From: Raja brachyura
Lineage: Eukaryota
Length of the DNA stretch: 64,000 bases
Direction: 5' to 3'
Assembly (NCBI GenBank): GCA_963514005.1
Contig: OY740784.1
Coordinates: forward strand, 92,814,001-92,878,000
Shown here: in pieces, positions 1 through 14,300 of the stretch
How the letters are laid out: each line of letters begins with the position of its first letter
How positions within the stretch are numbered: the stretch's first letter is position 1
Program-made: the position numbers and the translations under genes
The notes under the pieces: generated by a model
Database searches by the model: none
Told to the model about the DNA's origin: nothing
What the model saw: the letters and a program-made list of their open reading frames with translations, nothing else

Positions 1-990
1 GTTATTCCCAGATCCCTCTGTTCCACAGCATTCCTCAATTCCCTACCATTTACCATGTACGTCCTATTTTGATTTGTCCTGCCAAGATGTAGCACCTCAC
101 ACTTATCAGCATTAAACTCCATCTGCCATCTTTCTTCTTAACCAACCTTCCATGGGGAACCTTGTCAAAGGCCTTACTGAAATCCATATAGACAACATCC
201 ACTACTTTACCCTCATCAATTTCCCTAGTAACCTCTTCAAAAAATTCATAAAGGTTTGTCAAACATGACCTTCCAGGCACAAATCCATGTTGACTGTTCC
301 TGATCAGACCCTGTTTATTCCAGATGCTTATATATATTATCTCTAAGTATCCTTTCCATTAATTTGTCCATCACTGACGTCAAACTCACAGGTCTATAAT
401 TGCTAGGTTTATTCTTTGAACCCTTTTTAAACAATGGAACAACATGCGCAGTACGCCAATCCTCCGACACTATTCCCGTTTCTAATGCCATTTGAAATAT
501 TTCTGTCATAGCCCCTGCTATTTCTATGCTAACTTCCCTCAATGTCCTAGGGTATATCCTGTAAGGACCTGGAGACTTATCCACTTTTATATTTTTCAAA
601 CGTGTCAGTACTTCCTCCTCTTGGAATCTCATAGTTTCCATAGCTACTCTACTTTTCTCCCTTACCTGACAGAGTTCAATATCCTTCTCCTTGGTGAATA
701 CCGAAGAAAATAAATTGTTCAATATCTCCCCCATCTCTTTTGGTTCTGCAGATAGCTGTCCATTCTGGCTCTCTAATGGTCCAATGTTATCCCTTGTTAT
801 CCTTTTGCTATTAATATAGCTGTAGAAACCCTTTGGATTTACTTTCACCTTTCTTGCCAAAACAACCTCATATCTTCTTTTAGCTTTTCTAATTTCTTTC
901 TTAAGATTCTTTTTACACTCTTTATACTCTAGCACCTCATTTACTCCATGCCTCCTATAATTATTGTAGATATCTCTCTTTTTTCGAACC
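1..990 (-). mobile_element. CR1-type LINE ORF2 fragment (RT region), truncating the adjacent Gypsy integrase
   Basis: Minus-strand peptides GRSCLTNLYEFFEEVT...YMDFSKAFDKVPH and DKSPGP...VVPLFKKG...NYRPVSLTS are typical CR1 ORF2. ORF 315..1343 is a chimera that switches from integrase to CR1 near 990. Confidence 0.9.
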
Positions 991-3900
991 AGGTTAAGGA
1001 AGTCGAGATAGACATCAGAGCCAGCCCTGTGTGATCGTTCCATTAATTGTTTGGCACTTCTTACTGCGCGTTCAGCCAGGCCATTGGACTGCAGGTATTC
1101 GGGGCTGTTGGTAATGTGGCGGAAATCCCAGTGTTTAGCAAAATCCCTCAAGAGTTGACTGGAGTATTGATTGCCATTGTCAGAGAGCAGCTGGATCGGT
1201 GCCAAGTGGACAGCAAAGTGGCGCATAAGTTTCTGGATGACCAAGGCGGAGGCTGGACTATTGAGCAAATCATTCTCGAACCACCCTGAGTATGAATTGA
1301 CTAGGACCAGGTATTGTTTGCCACTCGAAAATGTCAGTTGCAAGTGTGGACCAGGGTAAGTCCGGTGTAGGGTGTGAGAGAAGTGGTTGTTTGGGTTGGT
1401 GTGGAACTAGGCTGTTGTAAACCGTTCAGGACTTTGACCTTCTCACGCACAAAATCGGCCATTCCAAGCCAGTAAAACATACTCTTTGCCTGTTGGATAG
1501 TTGCTTCTGCTCACAAAATATTTGTCACGCTGAGATTCCGGAACGACTGCCTTATGTCCCTTCACCACAATGTTGTCCTGGAGACCTGGTTCATGGTGAA
1601 CCAGGTAGAATGAGCGAATTGGGGGAGGCAGCTGGTATTGTTTGTCTGGCCAACTGTGACGGTTAACGGTAGACAGCGACTGTAGCATTTTGTCCGCAAC
1701 CGTTTGTGCTGTGAGGTTGTTTAAACATGCAAATGAAAGGTAAGAGACCATCATGACCGCATACCCATCATCGTCTGACAGGTGCTTCTCACAGGTGCTG
1801 CGTGGTGCTCGTGACAGGGTGTCAGCTAAATACATGTCCTTTCCGCATTTGTGAATCAGTTTTATGTCATACCTTTGTAGTTCATCATCATGTGTTGTAA
1901 GGGTGCAGGGCCACGTGTATTGGTTTGCTCAGGATGCTGACCAGGTCGGTCGCAATTGTGACCGGGTTGTCACACATAAAGTCCTTGAATTTCTTGCAAG
2001 CAAATGTTATGGCTAGCAGTTCGTTTTTGATTTGAGTGTAGCACTGTTCTGTGTCAGACATGGTGCGGGACGCATAGGCGACAGGTCGGGGACCCTTACC
2101 ATCGTCTTGTAGGCAGACAGCACCCAGCCCATACTGGGAGGCATCGCAAGTTAGGGTGACCGGTTGCTTGACATTGAAGTATGTGAGGGTGGGAGCGCAA
2201 GACATTTGTTGTTTGAGGTTGTCGAACGCCCTCTGTTGGTGCTCGTGCCAGGACCAGTGTGCGTCCTTGTGAGTTAGCTGCCGCAGTGTGGCTGAGAGTT
2301 CGCTGAAGTTTGGGATGAACTTTCCCAGGTAGTTTACCATGCCTAGAAATCGTTGCAGAGCAGTTACATCTGTGGGTGCCGGCATCTCACTGATAACAAT
2401 GGTCTTGAATGGGTCTTGAATGAGTCTGGCTTGAGACCGTTGCTGGTGAATACGTGACCCACGTACTTCACTTGGTCAACTTGAAACCTGCACTTGAGCA
2501 GATTGAGTTTGAGGTTTACCTCTCTGGCACGATCTAGGATTAGTTTTAGATTATAGTCATGTTCCTGGATGACCAGGATGTCGTCCACAATTATAGCGCA
2601 TGGGTACCCGGCATATACCTGTTCTATGGTGCACTGGAATACCTCACTAGCTGAATTGATACCAAATGGCATGCGTAAAAAACGATAACGTCCGAAAGGT
2701 GTTCAAAATGTGGTTAGTATGGAGGATGCGGAATCTGCCAGAATGAGCTTTTTGCATCATTTAAGACTGAGAATACCGTGGCTTTTCCCAAGTGTGCCGC
2801 AACTTCTTCCACCATCCGCATTGGGTGGTGTGGATGTTTGATGGCAGTGTTTAACTCCTTGGGGTTTATACAAATCCTTATTTTGTCTTAATTCATCTTG
2901 GTAGCTGTGACCATAGTGGAGACCCAGGCAGATGGATCATTGACAGGGGCAATCACGCCCAAAGCTTCCATTCTGTCCAGTTTGTTTTTGACGCGATCCC
3001 TCATTGTGTGCGGGATTCGGTGGGGAGAACGAATGACTGGTGCGACCTCTGGGTCAGTTATGATAGTGTACTTGGAAGGGAGCTTGCCCAATTTATTATG
3101 AAAAAGGTCGTTCTACTGTGAGAGTAGTTGTTGAGTAGGGATCTGGATGGTGGACAGCTGGTGCACAGCTTTACCGAAGGTGACCAGGCCCCTATCATGG
3201 CACGCATCGATGCCCAGAATGAGGGGCACTTCCCCTTGGACAATGGAAAAATCCAGGTTGTCGACCTGGAACGCTAGCTGGCATTGCAGCTTTACTTTTC
3301 CGGCTGGTTGAACTTGGCCTCCACCGAATGGATGCAGCTTGGTATTTGTTTTTAAGATAGGTTAATTGTTGTGAACTTTCTTGAAGTCAGATAGGGAAAG
3401 GATGTTACAGCGAGCTCCAGTGTCTATCTTCGCAACAACCTTGGCATTGTTGATGTGGAGCGTTGTTATGGGATCCTTGTGTTTGCACAACTGATCCGTT
3501 AAGGAATGTATGTTATGGCTATCTTCTTGCAGCTCACGCGATGCTGGCACAGAAGGTGCCACTAGGGCTTCATCGGAAATCGTGAGCTCAAGTGTATGAA
3601 GAGGTTGTTGTGGCTGAACTCGGCAGCACCGAATGAAGTGTTTTCTTTTCTTACAATAATGGCAAATGTTTCCAAAAGCGGGGCATTTATCACAAAATCT
3701 CTCGTGTGAGGTGCCACAATTAATGCAGTTATGAACATGCTGTCAGTAACCCTCCCTGACACAGCTGATGGCTGGCGTGGAAACCTAAAGAATGCATGAA
3801 CATTGTAGGCAGAATGGGGCCCCGGCCCCAGGGATTTGGAATGGGAATCAGTTAGTTCCACAACCCGCAAGGCATGATCAGTCTTATCTAGGGTGAGTTC

Positions 3901-4710
3901 CTCATCCCGGAGTAGTTCATTTCTCACCTTGTCATTCAGGATGCCATACACGAGACTGCCACAGATGAGAACGTCATGTAGGTCGTAAAATTGACATCTA
4001 CCAGCTATGTTCTTCAGGGAACCAATATGGGATTCGACTGTCTCGTCCTCTCTTTGGCTGCGAGAAAAAAATCTGTGGTGCTCCATAACCACATTGGTGC
4101 GTGCGTAATTGGCACAACTACCGGAACTTTCGGAGGAGGCATACAGGCTTGTCAATAGACTGCCTGTGCTACAACATGGCCCGCCTGATCAAGTTGCTCT
4201 GGGGCGTAGTGGAAGTCCTGTGCCCGCAGGGCGGCTTCAGTGCCAGCCACATTGAGGAGGATGGAGGCCTTTACCTCGGGGGTAGCATTAAAGTGGGCTG
4301 CACGAATGAAAACTCAAAATTCCACCTCGAAGATACGTTAACATTCTGCGAGGTCGCTGACGATTACCAAAGGATCGGGTTTGCGAAAAGACCCAGCCAT
4401 AGCAAGAAACAGAATCCGTGGCACTAAGATAAACTCAGGCAGAACAAGCTGGAGAAGTGTTCAGGCACTCTGACACCATGTTTGTGCGCGATCCATTACA
4501 AAGTCAATAGTGAACCATCGGTCTTTTATTAAGATATAAAGGAGAGAGAAAACCATACACAGCCATGCATTTCAAAATCATCTAAGTTCCGGCTGCAATA
4601 ACCAAAACCGACTGGCTGCCCAGGGCAGCCAAAACCCAGACTGGATTACGAGGTGGAATGTGTGGCATGCATAATATGTGTAGTGGAGATTATATAGGCA
4701 CGGATTAACA
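991..4710 (-). mobile_element. Gypsy/Ty3 LTR retrotransposon, decayed (gag-PR-RT-RNaseH-INT), 3' part lost or outside the window
   Basis: gag 3562..4430; protease KIDTGARCNIL; RT IIVDDILV; RNaseH TCDASQYGLGAV...YASRT; integrase SDNGNQY...SNGLAERAV. Domain order RT-RH-INT is Gypsy-type. Many stops and frameshifts. Confidence 0.92.
4479..4710 (-). repeat. 5' LTR of the first Gypsy element, with adjacent PBS (~4466-4478)
   Basis: Termini TGTT...AACA and a minus-strand AATAAA near 4525. Directly followed on the minus strand by TGGTGTCAGAGTG, a tRNA-Leu-like PBS. Confidence 0.8.
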
Positions 4711-5393
4711 TAGTTAATCTACAGTATCCTCCACTGCCAGTACATGATAATTACTTGATCTCCATTACTTCCACTTGAACTCTTGACCTCCATTACTGGG
4801 ACCTCATACACTGCCTCTTACAACTTCTCCATCCGCTTTCTCAGCCTCTGAGACATTCTGCATTTTACGACACATCTTGAGAGTAAGCGTGCAAAGAGCC
4901 TGCATGTGCTGCTCTAGGAAGGTCGTATTTAATCACCATTTCTATTTTACTCAAGGGAACTGATGTTTTGACAGAGCCAGCATTAACTCTCATCTCTGAT
5001 TGGTAGGTAATGGAGAACCATGGCTTGAAGCACAACCGTGCTTATAGTGAAGGTATTCCCACACACTTGATAAGGCAAGCTTTAACCCAATTCAAGATGA
5101 GGGAATAATCCATATATTTCTAAATGAGAATGGGATAAAACAACTTAGGGGTTACACATGTGCCCTGCTTTTATCCTCCTTTGGCAGCACGACAAGCATC
5201 CCATATGGTTTCCTCATCACCTTCATAGATTCATAGATGGTTACTGCACAGAAACGAACCCTTAACATCAACCTTCCCAATGCCAACTCTAATGCCTATA
5301 TACACTAACCCCATTTTTCACATTAAGTCTGTACACAGTTTCTTGTACCTCTAAGTAATTTGGGAACTGAATCCCAGGGAAGTGCATGAAGGA

Positions 5394-6290
5394 GGGGCCC
5401 AGTGAGTTTCAGGGAAATGGGAGAACCAGGGACCCAGTGAGTTTCAGGGAAACGGGAGAACCAGGGACCCAGTGAGTTTCAGGGGAACAGGAGAACCAAG
5501 GGCCCAGTGAGTTTCAGGGGAACAGGAGAACCAGGGGTCCAGTGAGTTTCAGGGGAACAGGAGAACCAGGGACCCAGTGAGTTTCAGGGAAACGGGAGAA
5601 CCAGAGGCCCAGTGAGTTTCAGGGAAACGGGAGAACCAGGGACCCAGTGAGTTTCAGGGGAACAGGAGAACCAGGGACCCAGTGAGTTTCAGGGGAACAG
5701 GAGAACCAAGGGCCCAGTGAGTTTCAGGGAAACGGGAGAACCAAGGGCCCAGTGAGTTTCAGGGGAACGGGAGAACCAGGGGCCCAGTGAGTTTCAGGGG
5801 AACGGGAGAACCAGGGGCCCAGTGAGTTTCAGGGGAACGGGAGAACCAAGGACCCAGTGAGTTTCAGGGGAACAGGAGAACCAGGGGTCCAGTGAGTTTC
5901 AGGGGAACGGGAGAACCAGGGGCCCAGTGAGTTTCAGGGGAACAGGAGAACCAGGGGCCCAGTGAGTTTCAGGGGAACAGGAGAACCAGGGGCCCAGTGA
6001 GTTTCAGGGGAACGGGAGAACCAGGGGTCCAGTGAGTTTCAGGGGAACGGGAGAACCAGGGGCCCAGTGAGTTTCAGGGGAACAGGAGAACCAGGGGCCC
6101 AGTGAGTTTCAGGGGAACAAGAGAACCAGGGGCCCAGTGAGTTTCAGGGGAACAGGAGAACCAGGGGCCCAGTGAGTTTCAGGGGAACAGGAGAACCAGG
6201 GGCCCAGTGAGTTTCAGGGTGGTGCAGGAACCAAGGCCTCACTGAGTTTCAGGAGAGTGTGGGAACCAGAGCTTGGTTGAGTTTCTGGGA
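5394..6290. repeat. 35-bp minisatellite, about 25 copies
   Basis: Unit CCCAGTGAGTTTCAGGGGAACAGGAGAACCAGGGG recurs with period 35 (e.g. 5941 to 5976) and degenerates at both edges. Confidence 0.95.
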
Positions 6291-7112
6291 GATGCTGAGC
6301 CACTGGGAGTTTTGAATAATCAGATAGCAGTTTTTCAAAATTGTACTGTACTTCCTGTGGCCTTACCATTCATTATTGATGTCATAGCCTTATTAGTCTT
6401 CCCAAAGTGCATAACCTTGCACTTATCAGCATTAAATAGTATCTGCCATTGCTCTGCCCATCCTACCAACAGACTACTATCATCCTGTAGCCTCAAACTG
6501 CTCTCTTAGTAATTAAAAAAATACTTTACATAGGACTCCTGTGGCATAAATATTATTTAAGTCTTCCTCTCCTCATCTTGAAAGAGTTTTACCTTAAGAG
6601 AGCAGACTTGAATTACCATCTGACAGAAAGTACTGTGGTCAAGTGTCAGCCAAGATTTTTGTGCATGAGTCTTCGAAGAATGAATATTAAACACCCAGCC
6701 TTCCAAGTCCAAGGCAAGAGAGCTATCAGCTAAACTTCTTTGTGGGTAGTTGTCAAATATCAAGTGAAAGGCAGCAGTACCATGAAAACCAACATTTTGC
6801 TTTGATCACAAACTATTATTTTAAATGATTAATTGTATGTAAAGTATGCTGAGAAAAAGCCAATCACCTCCCTAAAGAGGATACTTTTGCCCATGTGTTA
6901 ATGTTAAATACAGGTTTGCAAACTGGCTTCTGCAAGACAGATTCCCACAGTAAAGGAATGGTGCTCTGCTGACACAACAGCATTAAGGGATCATATTTGC
7001 TGAAACCCAGGAAGCTTCCTGAGATTCTGTATGGCTGATCCATCCCTAAATGACGTTTTGGCAAGCTGCAATGGCGAGGGGCACTAGATAGAAACATATT
7101 AGATCCTGAAGT

Positions 7113-7378
7113 GTTTAGTTTAGTTATTTTAGTTTAGGTTAGAGATACTGCATAAAAACAGGCCCTTCGGCCCACCGAGCCTTCACCAACCGGCAATCAC
7201 CTGTACACTGGTTCTATCCTACACACTAGGGACAATCTACAATCCTGAATCACTGGAGAAAATTTACACGGTCACAGGGAGAATGTGTAAATTCCGTACA
7301 GGCAGCATCCGTAGTCAGGATTGAACCCGGGTCTATGGCGCAGTAGGGCATCAAATCTACCGCTGCACCACTGTGCTA
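7113..7378 (-). mobile_element. tRNA-derived SINE (V-SINE/HE1-like)
   Basis: Minus strand begins GCACAGTGGTGCAGCGG (A box) ... GGTTCAATCC (B box) and ends in a GGGCCGAAGGGCCTG tail with (CTAAA)n. Confidence 0.8.
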
Positions 7379-8684
7379 TCTTGACAAGATGGGTGTGGGG
7401 AAGGGATTTTCTTTTGTTGGGAGAATCCTGATCTCAGAATCGCTGTTTGAAAACAAGGGGACTATGATTTAGGACAGAGATACAGTTAAAATTAAGTTAC
7501 TTCTCTTAATGGATTACTTACCTTTGGACCTTTCTCAAAGAATGGTGGAAGCAGTTTCTTTAAATACTTTTAAGGAAGACGTAAATGGATTCTTGATAAA
7601 GCAAGAGGAGGGGGCAAAGATTACGACAGATAAATGGGAATCTGGAGTTAAGGTTATGATCAGATCGGTCAAGATCTTATTAAATGTTGGCCTATTTTTG
7701 CTCCTTATTCAATCTGAATTCTGACGATCCATTGTTAGCGATTTCAACACATGACTTCAAGCCTCAACTCTCCCACCAGAGCATAACTAAGTGTTAAAGA
7801 AACTGATAAAGGCACATATTGTTTAATTCTAATTTTGTTGATGGCTTCAGTGAATTCATTTTTATTTCCTGATGACTGTGGAACAATCCTGATGGAATGG
7901 ATATGAGGTCAATAGTTCAGGATTGTGAACATAAGGCTTCACTTCAAACATTTACCAGACAGAGGGTCAGTTAGTAACTTGGAACAGATTAATGACCATG
8001 GGCTGAATTGTGCTGGGCGGAAGCCAGTGGGTTTTGATTGGAGTTGATTGTTTTCTGCTGCTGAAACTTCAGTAAGTCTCGGAATTCCAGGCATGGACTA
8101 GCGAACATGGAATCTGAGGCTTAATGAGTGACAGATGTCACTGCTCCTAACATAATGCTCCATTCCTGGACACTAGCAGCAGAGATTCATCTACCTGGGT
8201 TACACACTTTTACGCAGGGGAATCAACACTAGTATTCTGTGCCAGTAGCTCTTATATCAGAACAGAAACTCCACTGGATTCTAGTCCTCTGGATTAAAAG
8301 GAGATAACAAAGAAGATAACAACACTTAAAATTGCAACATCTTGTATTCCATGGATAACTTACAACCTAATGTTATGAATGTTGAATATTTCAATTTCAG
8401 ATAACCCACACACACAGGGTTCTCCTCACATACAAACACTTGCATGTCCACTTAATTTTCTTCTCTCCCGTACCCTCACGCACCCAGTTCCATCTATTAC
8501 CTACCAGCTTCTATCCCACTCTCTTACTGCATACTGGCAATCTTTCCTGTTCCCTCTCAGTTTTAACATAAGGTCACGATCCAAAATGTCAATTTACATC
8601 TTTTACCCCCACAGATGCTGCTTAACTGGCTGTGTTCTTCCAGAATACTGTTTTAAAAAACTATATTTAGTTCAAATGTTTATA

Positions 8685-9022
8685 AACTCATACTGCATGG
8701 AAACGGGCCCTTCGGCCTACTGAGCCACAACAATCATTAAGCATCTATTCCCACTAATCTTATTTATTCTGCCCATTTTCCTGTAAATTCCTCTTGTAAT
8801 CTAACACTCAGCTAAACAGTAAATACAATGTGTGGCAGCTATTTAACCTACTGACCTGCAAGTCTTTGGGATGTTGGAGGAATCTGGAGCACCTGGACGA
8901 AAGCCTATGCAGTCACGGAGAGAGCCTGCACCTCCACACAAGCAGTTCCAGAGATCAGGATTGAACCCAGGTGATCAGAGTTGTGAGGCAGTAGCTCTAC
9001 AAAATATGTAATTGTACTGCCC
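8685..9022 (-). mobile_element. tRNA-derived SINE, diverged copy
   Basis: Shares ggcccttcggcc tail, gaatctggagcacctgg core and caggattgaaccc (B box complement) with the 7113-7378 copy. Confidence 0.7.
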
Positions 9023-9407
9023 AAATAATGAACATATTTCAAGAAGAAATTGAAAAAAATATTTCCTTCAATTTTAGTATGTCTTTGAATGTTAATAATT
9101 GTTTAAAAGTGTTTAAATGCCTTAAAGCTTTCACAACTGGTTTGTCACTGTTTACCTTCTATCATAGCCTGCCAAAGCATTCATGGGGCAGAACTTCTCA
9201 CTTAGTTGCTTGTGGCCGGTGAGTTTGGCTGTTGGCATCTGGTCCAGCTTAGAGTTAATGGGCAGGGAAGGCAGGCAGCAACTACAGACAGCAGACTGAG
9301 TCCCATAAAATATAGCCAAATCAGTTTGGCCTTCCTCATATTTCTTTTAAAGAAATTTCTGCAGGCCACAAGCTGGACGTCAGACTATCAGAATCAGTGA
9401 AGGCAGG

Positions 9408-9882
9408 TAGGGTTGCCAACTTTCTCACTCCCAAATAAGGAACAAAAGGTGAAAATAAGGGACAAATTCCCGATGGCAATTCGTTGACCGACTCAGTCGT
9501 GGCCCGGGTGCTGGACTGCACACAAAGCCCAGCCAGCGGGCCAGCCAAGGAGTTTTGGCCGCAAAGTTCAGCACACCATCCAACTCATGAACCGATGATT
9601 GGCCATGAGAAGGAGGGGTGGTGGTGTCGGCGGTAAGTGAAGGTCCCAAGGTCGAAAGCTGGCCAGGCTGCCGACCGAAGGGGCCACAGGCGAGGCGCTG
9701 TTGCGGCACTCCTTGGGCTGTACTATGTTGGGACAGGTGAGGCGGGGCCGGGCGCAGACTACAGTCCCCTCAACCCGAGTAGTAGCAGTCAAATACGGGA
9801 CAAGGGCGGTCCCGTATGTCACAAACCAATTTAGCCCAAGATACGGGATACCCCGGCTAATGCGGGTCAGTTGTCAACCCTA
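9408..9882. mobile_element. hAT-like non-autonomous DNA transposon (MITE)
   Basis: TIRs TAGGGTTGCCAAC / GTTGTCAACCCTA, subterminal ATACGGGA/GGGACA repeats, and a degenerate 8-bp flank pair AAGGCAGG / TGGGCAGA. Confidence 0.8.
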
Positions 9883-10707
9883 TGGGCAGAAGAGATGGTG
9901 ATGAGACATAGTTGGGTGACATCAGCCCTCATGTGGAACCTGACATTGTGTAATGCTCTCCTAATCGCTCTGCCTATTATTAAAGTCCAGCATTCTCTTG
10001 TTTAATTTATCACTAATTGTTGTGCAGTATTTTATCTTCACCTGATTGTCTTCATATATACACCTAAATATCTTTATCTTTATTTAGAAAATGATTGAAT
10101 TTCTTTCAGATTATATGACCAAAAATGGTTCATAAACAAAAGAAAAGATAACAGTTTAAAACTAATCTTGAATTCTAAATAACTGTTAATACTCTAGCCT
10201 TCATTATCTTTGTCTAATTTATTTTCGTTACAAAGGTTTTGTCCTTTATGGAAGATTTAGAGTTTTCATGCATCATTCAGTCAGTCAAAATACGTCCATG
10301 TTACACTAAGTTCCTGGTAAACCAGATATCCCTATCCAGGATGCATCAGATCTGCAACACATCCACCCTAAAAGAATGCAATGATTTAATCAAAACCTTT
10401 GTGAATTTAAGGACTGAATATGAGATTACTTTCAACTATTTGTTTCAGTAACAACAATTGTCTGTAACAGTTACATCCCATGCCCATATTTCTGGCCTGT
10501 CGTGGCTTCAAAACATTCCAACTACTTTAGTACTTTAGAAATAACTACTTTACTTGCTTCATGTACAACCACGTCATTGCTACACTGAATATTTAGTGGT
10601 CTCTTGGCTAAATTTTAACTTTATACTGCAAAATTGAGTTTATTTAACACTCTTTTGCTTGCATTCAAAATTACACCCGAGCAATCTCTTGGTCCACTTT
10701 CTACATT

Positions 10708-10935
10708 AAGACACAAAATGCGGGAGTAGCTCAGCGGGTCAAGCAATATCTCTGGAGAAAACGGATACGTGGAGAAAATCCTTGAGAAAATGTATTTCAA
10801 GTTGGGACTGAATGTAGTCAATCTACCCGAAACATCACATATCCCTTTGCTCAAGAGATGTTGCCTGATTTGCTGAGTTGCTCCAGCATTTTGTGTCTAT
10901 CTTTAGTGTAAACCAGCATCCGCAGTTTATTTTAA
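10708..10935. mobile_element. Penelope-derived fold-back short repeat
   Basis: agacacaaaatgcgggagtagctcagcggg (10709) is an inverted copy of gctgagttgctccagcattttgtgtct (~10898). A degenerate CTGA..CCCGAAACATC core lies inside. Confidence 0.65.
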
Positions 10936-11326
10936 GACATTCAGATTTTCTGCAATGTTTTCATCCCTCCATGGCCTCAACCCACCCACCTCTATAACAT
11001 CCTGCTCCTTCACTCTCAAGGATGTTTGTATTCCTGATTTTTTTTTACACCTCCCATAGGTAATCTTGCCTTTTGCTGCATCAGCCCAGAACCCTGTAAG
11101 CCTTCGCCTAAATTATTCTGCCTCCTTATCTATCTGTTTACAATGACTTTTACAAATCATTGCTTTGTCCAAGCTATTTATCACATATTCTTATATGTGG
11201 CATTATGTTTACCCAGTGAAATGTCTTGGGAAATTCTATGATGGATGCTATTTCAATAGAAGTTCTTGCTGTTGTAGCATTGCATTATTTCACCCTTTTT
11301 CTCACAATTATATGAAATTTGAGATA

Positions 11327-14300
11327 TGTCGAGCTTCTGCTGTTGGAATAACTTAAGTCACGCGCAGTAATTAAGATCCAAATACTTTATTTGCGTTACA
11401 GCATAGGTAACTTCATCTTAGCACATAACCCAAGAGTGAGAGAGAAAAGGCAGAGAAGCTTTCTGTTAAACTAGTGGGCGGAGCTACAAAATATGACATA
11501 ACATGAGTGACACTGATTTACATCCTCCCTCTTAAAGAATTAAATGTCAGTACAAAACCATTGACTAAATAAGGCATGCATAGCATTTGATAATAAGCTG
11601 GAAGAAATTTGAACATAGCCCGGGTACTTCATGGTGGGCTTGCAAACATGACCAGCACATGTGCGATAAAAAACATCTCCATTTTTCACCACCAGAGACA
11701 GAGCCGGTGGCTTCACAGGTGATGGACACTGAACCAACATTCCCAGTGATGAAACAGGGGACTGTGGCGCAGGCGGAGGGGGCGTCGCCACTGGCAAAGC
11801 AGCCGCTCCAGAAGTGGGTTGTTGTGCTGGTGTAGGCGGATCAATGCCGCTGGACACGGACAGAAGTACACTTGTATGGTCTGGATAATATGGAGGTGGA
11901 GCCAGCTCATTCACAGGTAGGATATTTTGTCTGTTATGTCTGTAGGTGCCGCCATCGGTACCGACCAGATATTAGCGTGGCTAAGAAGCAGTTCCAGAAA
12001 TTATACTGATATGGTCATGGCCTTTCTCAGTTTTCTCAGAACCACCTGCCCCTTGGTTAATGGTGGCAGTGGCTTATTTGTTTTGTCATACCACTGTTTT
12101 TGAATGTCACGCTTTTGTTGTAACCTGGACTGGACTTCCGATGGTGGAACCACCTGTGGGATCAATGCCTGATCCGCCACAGGCACCGTGGCTCGGGTCT
12201 GCTTCAACAATAAACGTTGAGCGGGTGAATCCAAAATGGGGTCGCGGGAGATTTTGCATAGGTTGAGCAGATCCAGGAACACGTTGGAATTAGCTTTGTA
12301 CGATCGTTCCATGAACTATTTGGTAATCCTGACAGCCCGCTCAGCTAGTCCGTTCGACTGTGGATATTCAGGGCTGCTGGTGATGTGGCGAAACCCCCAG
12401 AGTGCAGCAAACTCCTTGAAGTGTTGGCTGGTAAATTGACTGCCGTTATCAGATAACAGTATGCATGGAGCTCCGTGATCTGCAAAATGGCGAGTAAGCT
12501 ACAAAACTACCCCGCGAGAAGTGGGGCTGCAAAGAAAATCAATGTCAAACCATCCAGAATACGAATCGACAAGTACCAGGTACTATTGGCCATGCCATTC
12601 AAATATGTCAGTTGCCACTTTAGACCCTAGGAGGGCAGGAGCCGGATGTGAAAGAAGTGGTTGCTTTTGTTGATGAGGTGCAAAGCTGTTACACACTGCA
12701 CAGGACGCCACATTTTCGGTGATGTATTCGGCCATGCCAGGCCAGTAAAAAAAGGTTTTTGCCCGTTGGATGGTGGCTTCAGCGCCTGGGTGCCCTGCAT
12801 GGACAGTATTAAAATACTTGCTATTCAGCAAAGCTGGGACCACAGCCTTATGTCCTTTTACAATAATGCCATCCTGCAGCACTAGCTCATCGCGGAGGGC
12901 AAAGAAATGCCGAACTGGCAGCTGGAACATTGTAGTGTTTGTCTGGCCAGCCGCGCTTAATGACGGAGGCGAGCGGCCGTAAAGTACTGTCAGCAGCAGT
13001 GTGGGCAACCATGTTCTCCACATAGGACGAGGGAATAAGGGGCACACTCGTTACGATAAAGTAATCATCCGGCGAGGATGTATCCTCATAGGTCTTCCAG
13101 GGTGCCCGCGAGAGAGTGTCAGCCAGGTGCATATCCTAGCCACGTTTGTAGGTCAGAACAAAGTCATATTTTTGAAGTTGCAACAGCATCCGCTGTAGGC
13201 GTCCTGGAGAGGCATGAATCGGTTTGGAGATGTATGTCAGTGCTTTGAAGCACATTGCCCATTGATGCGATTTCAGGGATATATGTGATAGCCTAGTCCA
13301 TGACCGTTTGGTCTATGGTGTCTGCAATGATAAATTACGCGACATGTTACTGCGGGATGCTGAGCTTACTCTAGAGAGTGCTGAAAAGCGCTGTCGCATT
13401 GCTAAAATGGCTGACGCTCATACAAAGGTTTTAGGGCACTCTGCTGGTTGTGAAATTAATGTTGCTAGCATGTCTTATCAAATCTCTCGTCGTTCTTCTC
13501 AAGTGCCCGACAACTCTATCGTGAGACTATTAGACAATTGTTTTCACTGTGGGAGTTTGCATGCTGCTGCTCGTGACAGTTGCTCTGCGTATGGAAAATT
13601 ATGTCGATTTTGTAACAAAAGGAATCATTTCTTCAGATGCTGTCATTTGCATAGCAACAGAGTTCAAACAAGGCAATCTGTTAATTCACTTGGCCATGAG
13701 AACTTGCTCTCAGAATGCTCTCAACCAGCTCCCACGGATTTGCAGGCTGCTAGTGAAGGTTTTGACTTGGATGTGCATTCCCTGTCTGATGCACAAACAA
13801 CTAGACCCCAAAGTCGCTTTGCTCGTTAATGGCAAGAACCTTTATCTGAAAGTTGATACAGGGGCCAGGATCTGTCTAGCTGTGTTGAAAAAGTTATGAA
13901 AAACAGAGACTGTCACTCCCACGGCTGCCTCCCTTCTCCCATTTGCAGGCGGTTCAGTGCACCTTATCGGTCAAGTTGAGTTACGCAGCTGTCTTAACTC
14001 ACGTGTCCACAACCTGAGTTTCTATGTTGTTTGTGAGGATGTGCCATCCCTCCTGGGTGCCAACACTTGTCGTGACCTGGGACTTGTCTCTTTCAGCCCT
14101 TCTGTTTGTCATCTGACTACAACCTGTGACTTTAGCCAACAAATCCTGACACAATACAAAACTTTGCTTGATGACAAGCTGGGCAGGTTGCTTGTTAAGT
14201 ACACAATTACCATTAACCCTGAGATACTCCCAGTTGGCTGTCCAACATGCAAGATTCCCCATGCTATGCGGGACTGTGTTCAAAGTGAACTCAACAGAAT

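Noticed and set aside
315-1343. 342-aa ORF as a novel integrase-RT fusion gene
   Set aside because: It is a chance in-frame junction between a Gypsy integrase and a 5'-truncated CR1, with both parents decayed.
5394-6290. CRISPR-like array
   Set aside because: The units are contiguous with no unique spacers, there are no cas genes, and the context is vertebrate. It is a minisatellite.
7310-7378. tRNA gene
   Set aside because: The A and B boxes belong to a SINE head followed by the SINE core and tail. I see no complete cloverleaf.
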